A DNA stretch of 63,998 bases, the filler included, from Candidatus Babelota bacterium (GTDB lineage: Bacteria > JAGOBX01): NCBI GenBank assembly GCA_017999075.1. It is 8 parts of 8 records of this genome, joined end to end, with 100 filler letters (N's around TTAATTAATTAA, not from the genome) between each part and the next. Parts side by side here need not be neighbours in the genome. Positions count along the whole stretch, not along the records: positions 19,354 to 35,061 come from JAGOBX010000022.1; positions 35,162 to 38,484 come from JAGOBX010000464.1; positions 38,585 to 41,907 come from JAGOBX010000463.1; 5 more parts are not named here. One strand, 5' to 3'. The position numbers were made by a program, and so were the translations under genes. The notes beneath the pieces were generated by a model. It saw only the letters and a program-made list of their open reading frames with translations, was not told the DNA's origin and did not search any database. Positions 30,838 to 39,034 of the stretch are shown here, piece after piece. The first letter of the stretch is position 1, and the number at the start of each line of letters is the position of its first letter.

Positions 30838-31920
30838 ATGGAGTTGTTTAATCTTAAAACTGTAGTTAATAATTTTGCTCAGGATGAATGTGAAAAAGAT
30901 TTAAAAAGAGCAGAATCTTATTACGAAAAAAATAATGAAATTAATAATTTATATCTGAATAATAATCTTGAAATCATTAAAAATCCAGGTGATTATATTT
31001 TAGCGAAAAATTTGGGTAAAAAATATTTACCGGGCATCAGAGTTCGTAATTACAGTTCTCCTGATAATTTTCCTCTTAGATTGAATATAGAAATTACAAA
31101 CGAGTGCAATTCCAAATGTAAAATGTGCAGCAGAGTTAAAATGAACCGTAAAGAAAGGCATCTGTCGTTTAATGAATTTAAAAATATTATTGATCAGACT
31201 AAAGGACATAATTTGGTAGAATTATATCTTTACAGGTTAGGGGAACCTTTTTTAAATCCCGGACTGCCGCAGATGCTGGAATATTTAAAAAGTTTTAATA
31301 ATTTTGAATATATCTGGATAAGTTCAAATGGGTTGGAGCTTACTGAAAAGCATATGGATATGGTTTTAAACAGCAACATTAGAATGTTTAATATGAGTAT
31401 AAACGCAGCCTATCAGGAATCATACAGTAAAATAAACGATATTGGAAAATTAAAAACAGTTGAAGACAATTTCCGGAAAGTTATCGAACACAAAAAAAAA
31501 TCTAATAATAGATTACCATTTATGAGGTCGCAAATGCTTATTCAGGATGCAACAGAAGAAGAAGGAAAATTCTTTATCGAAAAATGGCAGGACTACGCTG
31601 ATATTATAAATTTAGGAATAATTGAATTTGGAAGCACCCTTGATTTTAATAAAGAAATTTCTAATAAGTATCATACTGTAAATATTGAAGCGGATTGCAA
31701 AAAACCTGCCAGATACAGTTTTTATCTGTATACTAACGGTGCAGTAGTTCCGTGTATGTGTGACTATAATGCTGAGTATTTGAATATTGGTAACTGGCGA
31801 GATGACTCCCTTGAAAAAATTTTTAAGGGCAGTAAATATCAGAGTTTTTTATCCAGGCATTTTAATGAGAAACGCCATGAAATTGAATTTTGTAAAGACT
31901 GTTTAGACTACACATTTTAA
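30838..31920 (+). CDS. Radical SAM/SPASM-domain protein
   Basis: IEITNECNSKCKMC (CX3CX2C), GEPFLN, SNG, C-terminal C..P...G..VPC.CD...CKDC. Confidence 0.92.
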   Translation: MELFNLKTVVNNFAQDECEKDLKRAESYYEKNNEINNLYLNNNLEIIKNPGDYILAKNLGKKYLPGIRVRNYSSPDNFPLRLNIEITNECNSKCKMCSRVKMNRKERHLSFNEFKNIIDQTKGHNLVELYLYRLGEPFLNPGLPQMLEYLKSFNNFEYIWISSNGLELTEKHMDMVLNSNIRMFNMSINAAYQESYSKINDIGKLKTVEDNFRKVIEHKKKSNNRLPFMRSQMLIQDATEEEGKFFIEKWQDYADIINLGIIEFGSTLDFNKEISNKYHTVNIEADCKKPARYSFYLYTNGAVVPCMCDYNAEYLNIGNWRDDSLEKIFKGSKYQSFLSRHFNEKRHEIEFCKDCLDYTF

Positions 31921-31937
31921 AAAAGGAGAATTGTATT

Positions 31938-32633
31938 ATGGAATGTAATGAGGAGTTTAAAAAAAATAAAAAGGTATGGAGCGATTTTTACAGTCAGGAT
32001 ACTAAAAATTGTAAATTTTACGATGAAAATATTGTAAGATTATTTTCAAGTAAAGAACCGGATATACCTGCGCCTCCGGCTAAGATATTAGATCATGGAT
32101 TTGGAAGCGGTAACAATATAAAATTTTTACTGGAAAAAGGATATCAGGTATTTGGCGCTGAAATAAGCAAATCTGCTGTTGAAAAACTGGATAAAGAATT
32201 TAATGAAAATCGAAAAACAGTTGATCTGAAAGAAATAAATGGTTACGAAATGCCTTATGAAGACAATTTTTTTGATATCGTATTATCGTGGAATGCGCTT
32301 CATTATAATGCTACTATAGAAAATGCTCAGATGGTTAATCAGGAACTGTACAGGGTTCTAAAACCCGGAGGTGTTTATATTTTATCTACAATAACAACTG
32401 AACATACTTTATGTATTGGCGCTGAAGAACTTAAAAAAGGACATTTTGCTGTTAAATCTAATCATAGATTTGATAATCGAGGTGGATTGAAGTTATTTGT
32501 GCCTGTATCTAAAGAACATTTTCTTGAAGTTTATGGCTGGAAATTCAAAAATATTAGATATGGATGGATTAATGTTAACTTGTTTATTCCTGATAAAGTT
32601 TTAGCCTGCCATTTGATGTATGGTGTTAAATAA
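31938..32633 (+). CDS. Class I SAM-dependent methyltransferase
   Basis: ILDHGFGSG, GAEIS, FDIV, RVLKPGG. Confidence 0.9.
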   Translation: MECNEEFKKNKKVWSDFYSQDTKNCKFYDENIVRLFSSKEPDIPAPPAKILDHGFGSGNNIKFLLEKGYQVFGAEISKSAVEKLDKEFNENRKTVDLKEINGYEMPYEDNFFDIVLSWNALHYNATIENAQMVNQELYRVLKPGGVYILSTITTEHTLCIGAEELKKGHFAVKSNHRFDNRGGLKLFVPVSKEHFLEVYGWKFKNIRYGWINVNLFIPDKVLACHLMYGVK

Positions 32634-32635
32634 AA

Positions 32636-33544
32636 GTGAATGATATGAACCGGAATTTTAAAGAAAAATTTGTTAATGAATTAAATTCGCGCAGTTCTGA
32701 ATATAAATTGGTAAAAACTGATACAGGGTATTATAAAGTTGAACCACGTCCCACGAAAATTGAGTTGGAAAAATATTATTCTGAAAAATATTATGAAAAT
32801 ATTGATTCAATGGCAGAAAAAGGAATGGATATAGGCAAAACTGATAAATTTGAAAAATTTCATTTTGAAAGACATTACGAAGAAATATCTTTGTTTTTAG
32901 AAAATAATTTTCAAAATAAACATATAAAAATATTGGATGCCGGATGCGGTCTTGGCAAATGTCTTCTGTATTTAAAACAAAAAGGATTTGATAATCTTTA
33001 TGGTTTGGAGTTTGAAGATAGAATAAATAATGACGGAATATATGTGTACAAAGGCGATTTCTTAGAAACTGCGTTCAACACCGCGTTTGATTTTATTATG
33101 TTTAATAATGTCATTGAGCATGTTCCTGAACCAGAAAAATTTATTTGCAAAGCTTATAAATTGTTGAATGAAAAAGGAGTTGTAAGGGTTCAGGTGCCGA
33201 ATGATTTATCATATACTCAATATAAAGCTGTGGCAAAGAATAATTATGAAAATTTCTATTTTTATAATCCGTATGAACACCTTAATTATTTTAGTTTTGA
33301 AAGTGTTAAAAATGAACTGAAAAAATCTGAATTTGAAATTTTAAAAACAACAACGGATTTTTCTATGGATCAGTTTTTATTAATGGATATTGACTATTCT
33401 AAGGAAAAACAATTGGGGGAATTATGCCATAAGTATAGGATTAATTTTGAGTATAATATGGGAAATGAGTATTTAGAAAAATATTATGAAAAAATGGCTG
33501 AAATTGAAATAGGCCGTGTTGTTATTGCTTATGGCCGAAAATGA
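32636..33544 (+). CDS. Class I SAM-dependent methyltransferase
   Basis: ILDAGCGLG, NVIEHVPEP, QVPND, EHLNYF. Confidence 0.9.
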   Translation: MNDMNRNFKEKFVNELNSRSSEYKLVKTDTGYYKVEPRPTKIELEKYYSEKYYENIDSMAEKGMDIGKTDKFEKFHFERHYEEISLFLENNFQNKHIKILDAGCGLGKCLLYLKQKGFDNLYGLEFEDRINNDGIYVYKGDFLETAFNTAFDFIMFNNVIEHVPEPEKFICKAYKLLNEKGVVRVQVPNDLSYTQYKAVAKNNYENFYFYNPYEHLNYFSFESVKNELKKSEFEILKTTTDFSMDQFLLMDIDYSKEKQLGELCHKYRINFEYNMGNEYLEKYYEKMAEIEIGRVVIAYGRK

Positions 33545-33575
33545 ATAACATAAAACTCATTACTGGAGTATTTAA

Positions 33576-34274
33576 ATGACAGAAACTGAAGTTAAAAAGA
33601 TTTTAATTGTTGCCGCACATCCTGATGATGAAGTACTGGGATGCGGAGGTTTAATCGCAAAGTATTCTAAAAACAAACAATTTGAATTTTATACCCTTAT
33701 TTTAACCGCAGGCGCAAATACCAGATATCATGAGAATATGGAAAAAGTTTTAAAACAAAATGCTGCTGAAGCAAATGAAATATTGGGAGTTAAAAAACTA
33801 TTTATTGAAGATTTGCCTAATCAGGAACTTGATAGCATACCTTTAACAACAGTTATTAAAACAATTGAAAAATATACTGATTTGATTAAGCCTGAAATAT
33901 TGTTTATAAATAATGGTTCAGATTTAAATAAAGATCATCAGGTGGCGTATGAGGCCGGAATAACTGTTTCGCGCCCTGTAACCGGTCAGTTTATAAAAAG
34001 GGTATATTCATATTTTACAGCTTCTTCTACAGAATGGGGGCTTAAATCTCGTTTTGAGAGTTTTTTTCCGAATCTGTATATTGATATAACAGAAAGTATG
34101 GAATATAAAATTAAATCTATGGAATGTTATAAAACAGAAAATAGAAATTACCCTCACCCGCGCAGCTCTGAAGCTTTGTGTAAATATGCTGAATATTTTG
34201 CCATATCATCTTCTTGTGGAAAATATGCGGAACCGTTTATGCTTTTGAGAAATATTGAAGGGGAACTGATTTGA
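33576..34274 (+). CDS. PIG-L/LmbE family N-acetyl deacetylase
   Basis: AAHPDDEVLGCGG, D.N.DH, YPHPRS, AEPF. Confidence 0.93.
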   Translation: MTETEVKKILIVAAHPDDEVLGCGGLIAKYSKNKQFEFYTLILTAGANTRYHENMEKVLKQNAAEANEILGVKKLFIEDLPNQELDSIPLTTVIKTIEKYTDLIKPEILFINNGSDLNKDHQVAYEAGITVSRPVTGQFIKRVYSYFTASSTEWGLKSRFESFFPNLYIDITESMEYKIKSMECYKTENRNYPHPRSSEALCKYAEYFAISSSCGKYAEPFMLLRNIEGELI

Positions 34275-34771
34275 ATACAAATACTAATACGATAAATTAT
34301 TTAAAATATTCGGATTTTGAAAAAAAAGATTTATCTAAATTGATTGGATTTTTATCTCTTTTATATCCAACTCAGTCAATAGAAAGTATAACGGCGAATG
34401 TAAATCGCCCTTCTGAAAATAAAATTTATATAGCAAGTTTTAGTAATGAGATTATTGGGACCTGTTGGTGTTTGCCTTTAAAATTTGATAAATATTATAT
34501 TGGTGGTGTTGGAGGAGTTGCTGTTTCCAAAGAATTTCAGCATAAAGGCATTGGATTTAAATTGGTTTCATATTTAATAGAAAACGAAACCGATTTTGAT
34601 ACTTTTTTGTTATGGACAAGGGTTCCTGCTTTTTTTGAAAAATTAGGTTTTTTTGATTTTTCAAAAGGAATAAAAACAATTGAAGGAGATTCCACGCCAA
34701 TGTTAAAAACTGAGAATAACTATTTGAGATTTAATTTTCCTGTAACCAAATGGGAAAGGATAAAATTTTAG
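34271..34771 (+). CDS. GNAT family N-acyltransferase
   Basis: Motif A VAVSKEFQHKGIG; FFEKLGF. Confidence 0.85.
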   Translation: MNTNTNTINYLKYSDFEKKDLSKLIGFLSLLYPTQSIESITANVNRPSENKIYIASFSNEIIGTCWCLPLKFDKYYIGGVGGVAVSKEFQHKGIGFKLVSYLIENETDFDTFLLWTRVPAFFEKLGFFDFSKGIKTIEGDSTPMLKTENNYLRFNFPVTKWERIKF

Positions 34772-34784
34772 AAATAACAGGAGT

Positions 34785-35061
34785 ATGATTATGAATTTGT
34801 GGTTAGATTGGGATGAATTTAATGATTTAACAAAAAACAGAAATACTGTTTTATTCGGATCAGGGGATATTGCAGTAAAAACTATTTATAAATTATCTAA
34901 CAAACCCTTGTTTATAGTAGATAATTCAGATCAGCTTCAGGGACAAGTTTATGAAGGAGTTTATGTTAAAAAACCATCGGTATTGAAAGAGTTGAGTAAA
35001 GATTGTATTATTATAATTACTACAAAATCATATAATAGCGTGATTGTTGAATTGAAAGAAA
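34785..35061 (+). CDS. N-terminal Rossmann-like domain protein typical of glycosylation loci, 3' partial
   Basis: VLFGSG, FIVDNS, G..V..P, IIITT; runs into the linker. Confidence 0.6.
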
Positions 35062-35161
35062 NNNNNNNNNNNNNNNNNNNNNNNNNNNNNNNNNNNNNNN
35101 NNNNNTTAATTAATTAANNNNNNNNNNNNNNNNNNNNNNNNNNNNNNNNNNNNNNNNNNNN
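35062..35161. other. Artificial contig linker
   Basis: N-run/TTAATTAATTAA/N-run. Confidence 0.99.
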
Positions 35162-35162
35162 C

Positions 35163-38100
35163 TCACCATACGGAGATACAATAGAACTGAGGTATAGCCC
35201 TGATGATAACGACGGCGCTTATGCTGCAGGTTCAGGATCAATTCTCTCACGTTACCGTCAGCTCGTAAGTTCCTGCAACGAATCGATTTTTTTTATGAGT
35301 GATGCGTGGTGGTCTTCAGCAGGCGCAGACGCTTTAAGAGACGATATAATTGCCAAATCAGGTATTATATGGCGAGGATGCGCAGGTTATGATGCAGGGT
35401 TTCCTGATTGGGATGTAACTACTAAATCAAATTTTGAAGCAGATGCAAACGGAACACTCCGCAATCAGCCTGGAGGATTTAATCAGTTGCACAGTAAAGT
35501 ATTCATTTTCGATATGGAAATAGTAGCTACAGGCAGTGCTAACATGTCAGCTTCAGCAATGTATGATGCGAATTCCAATGACGAAGTAAACATAATAGTT
35601 CACGATTTCAGACTTGCAAGGCGATACATGAATCACTATCATCATATTATGACTAATTCAGGAGTTACAAATGACCCGAGTTCCGATGGTTACGACGGAG
35701 CTGCACCAAATGCTCCCTCGAATTTTACTGTTACACCAGGATTTTCAAATTTTTCTGCAACATGGACTCCGTCAACTTCAACTGACATAAGCCGTTATTA
35801 TATTTTTGTAGATACACTCCCAATAACAAAAAACAGAATAGGCGACAGAATTGACGATGATCTTGATGGTTACTATGACGAAGATCCAATCGGCAACGCA
35901 GACGGTTTTTCTTCAGGTGCAGCAGACAATTTATCAGATCTTTCAGCAAATGACGATGATGCTGACGGTTCTGCAGATGAAGATCCTTGGATGAATCCTG
36001 AAGTAATGGTTAAAACCACAAGCGGCGCATCGTGTATTATTTCATCATGGAATGTTGGGGATACTTTTTCAGAAGGAATTAATTACTACTTTGCTATTGT
36101 GGCAGTAGATACTCAAGGCAACGAATCACCTGTAGACACATGCGGCCCATATATGTTAGCAACAGTTACAAATGTTCAGGCAGATACATCAGTAAATATT
36201 TCAGCAGACACATTTTTCACATATGAACCGAATATTACAGTTTTTGCATGTACAATAGCAGGCTCTAAAAACGGTGATATTTTAGACACTTTCACATTAA
36301 AAAATAATGGAAATATGGATTCCAACCAGGTTCAAAACATTAAAATCTGGTTTGATAACGGTAATTATTCATGGGATTCTGGAGATACTTATGCAGGAAG
36401 TTTAAAATGGGTTTCAACTAAAACATGGTTTTCTGATACAATGAATATAACTCTTCCAGCTTCAGGTTCTTCATTTATAATTACTTTTGATGCTTCACAA
36501 AATGCTATAAACAACAATACATTTCAGGCTTATATTCCTGCCGGCGGGTTAAATTCTCAAAATGTTGATACAGGTCCTGAAATAAACATATTAAACCCAT
36601 TTGTAATGACATGTTCTAATACACTGATTCTAAAAAAATACTCTGATATGCCATCCTATCAAATTTATAAAAATATAAATAATGTTAATTTGTTATCTCT
36701 TGAATTCTATGCGAATCCTTACAGTGATAAATTGAATTACATTGCCGTACAAAATAACGGCAATGCTAATGGCGCAGATTTTTCAAATTTAGAACTATAT
36801 GATGACAGAAACCTTAACGGATATGATATATCAGATACATATATCGGTGAACTTATATGGAACGGTTCGTTTTGGGATACAAACACCCTATCATACCCTC
36901 TGTTAAGCGGAGCTAATCATATTATAATAACCGGGGATTTTTCCGATCAAATTAATACTGCAGAAACTGTTCAGATACAATTAAAATCAAATGGTTTTAA
37001 AACAATGTATTGTGAAACTCAACCTCCTGCGGCAATACTAAACTCTAATATTTCCACATGCAACAATTTAATCAATCTTACTCCATTAAATCTTACTACA
37101 TTCGGTTATTTTAAAAATTCAATTAATGCTCCTGTTTTTATTTTCAGAATAAACGGTTTGCCTACAGGCGACACTTTGAATGTATTGGAAATATCAAATT
37201 CAGGAACTTTAGACAATTCCAAATTAAAATCTTTAACTTTATGGAATGATGCGAATGCAGATTCTTCACTTAATACCGGTATTGATAATTTCATTGATAC
37301 ATTTACTCATATTGGTTCTAATATTTACAGATTAACCGGATTGAATATCGGCATTTCAAATTCTTCTTTTATTATTGCAGCTAATATTGACAGTAATGCA
37401 CTTAGCGGCGACACATTTAAAGTATATATTCAAGCTAACAGCTGTAAAACATTGTTTGGAGATTTATTTCCATTAATTCAGACAAATATTTCTGACAGTA
37501 TTTTTATAACAAATACATTACAGATAATTAATAATTCTTCGACATTATCGACTGAATTGTATAAAGAACAAACCAATGTCACAATTTTTGCATTCAGAAT
37601 AAGCGGAAATCCTAATGGCGACACTTTATTGCGAATTATTTTGGAAAGCGATGGAACCCTTGACAGTTCTGGAATTTCAGCCATGAAACTTTATGCAGAT
37701 GACGGCAATTATTCATTTAATCAAAATGATACTTTTTTAATTTCTTTTTCTGCTGTTTCAGGATATTCAAACAAATGGCAGGCAGATACAGAATTTCAGT
37801 TGAACTCTACAACAAATTTTATTATTGTTATGGATGTGAGTAATTCAGGAAATAATGGTGAAACATTTGTTCCTTATATTCCTGCTTACGGCGTTATTAC
37901 ACATTCTTCAGACTCAGGCCCTCTGACAAATTTATCTAACAACATAATTGACACTCTTGTAGTTCCAATAGTTTCAATTACAATAAATCAAAATAAAGGC
38001 GGAGAAAACGTTTTTCCCGGAGATACCGGAATAACTGTTTTATCTTTCCAAATTACAGGTTTTTCAGGAGGAGATACTCTATCAACATTGTCTGTAAAAT

Positions 38101-38484
38101 CAATAGGTTCTGTTTCACCCGATTCATTTTATAACCTAAAATTATATATTGATAATGACAGTAATTTCACTCTATCTGCAAGCGATTCATTTATAAATAC
38201 TCTTTCTTACAGATCCTCAGACAATGTTTTCATTATTGATTCATTGTCTAATTTAATAAAAAACACAAATATGTTAATAACTTGTGATTTAAATTATTAT
38301 GTTTCCGCAAATGATACTCTGCAGTTTTGTTTTCCAGCTTATTACAGCTCCTGCACTTTAGCTGATACCGGTCCATCTGTTCAAATTATTAACAATTCTT
38401 ATTATGGTATTGATCGAACATGCACAATTATTATTAATAACGAATCAAGTAAAGTTCTTTATGATAATGACACATCTGTTATTG
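35163..38484 (+). CDS. Large extracellular protein: phospholipase D/nuclease (HKD) domain + FN3-like domain + five ~150-aa beta-rich repeats; partial at both ends
   Basis: LHSKVFIFD...ATGSANMS...NDE; APNAPSNF...W...YYFAIVAVDTQGNES; frame open across the entire contig. Confidence 0.8.
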
Positions 38485-38584
38485 NNNNNNNNNNNNNNNN
38501 NNNNNNNNNNNNNNNNNNNNNNNNNNNNTTAATTAATTAANNNNNNNNNNNNNNNNNNNNNNNNNNNNNNNNNNNNNNNNNNNN
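38485..38584. other. Artificial contig linker
   Basis: N-run/TTAATTAATTAA/N-run. Confidence 0.99.
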
Positions 38585-38812
38585 AAAATATTAGAAAACG
38601 AAAAAACAAAATATATTCATAAAGAGGCAGTATCGCCTGAATGTAAAAATGTTGTAAGTGGCCACTTAATAGATACTTTTGAAAAAATATATAATCAGAC
38701 TCCCCCCCCCGAAAAAGTAATTGTTTTTGTAAAAAAACAATTAAAAAATAGCCGTGATAAAGTAAGAAAAAAAGCCGAAAAATTTATAAAACGGGTAAAT
38801 GAAAATAAATAA
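38585..38812 (+). CDS. C-terminal end of a hypothetical protein (not in the ORF track), 5' partial
   Basis: Open frame KILENEK...ECKNVVSGHLIDTFEKIY...FVKKQLKNSRDKVRKKAEKFIKRVNENK*. Confidence 0.55.
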   Translation, partial: KILENEKTKYIHKEAVSPECKNVVSGHLIDTFEKIYNQTPPPEKVIVFVKKQLKNSRDKVRKKAEKFIKRVNENK

Positions 38813-39034
38813 AATAATTACTGCACTTGGAAGGGTTATCATATCGTAAATTATTAAAATATAATATATATAAAAGAAAATATGCCATATATAATTCCAA
38901 ATTAAGGATGAAATAATCCCGTAATTTGTTTTCAGTTTAAAAAAAATAAAAAAACTTGACAAATTATTTCTTATATTTAAATGCATTGCCGCAATTATTT
39001 TTGTTTTTGTAGCATTTTATATTGTATTCAAAAT

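Noticed and set aside
38956-38982. TTGACA possibly driving an antisense RNA into the ATPase gene
   Set aside because: No well-spaced -10 element; likely chance in AT-rich DNA.
38741-38986. 81-aa hydrophobic minus-strand ORF as a possible membrane toxin
   Set aside because: The Phe/Ile richness reflects A/T runs, and it overlaps the better-supported plus-strand gene end at 38585-38812.
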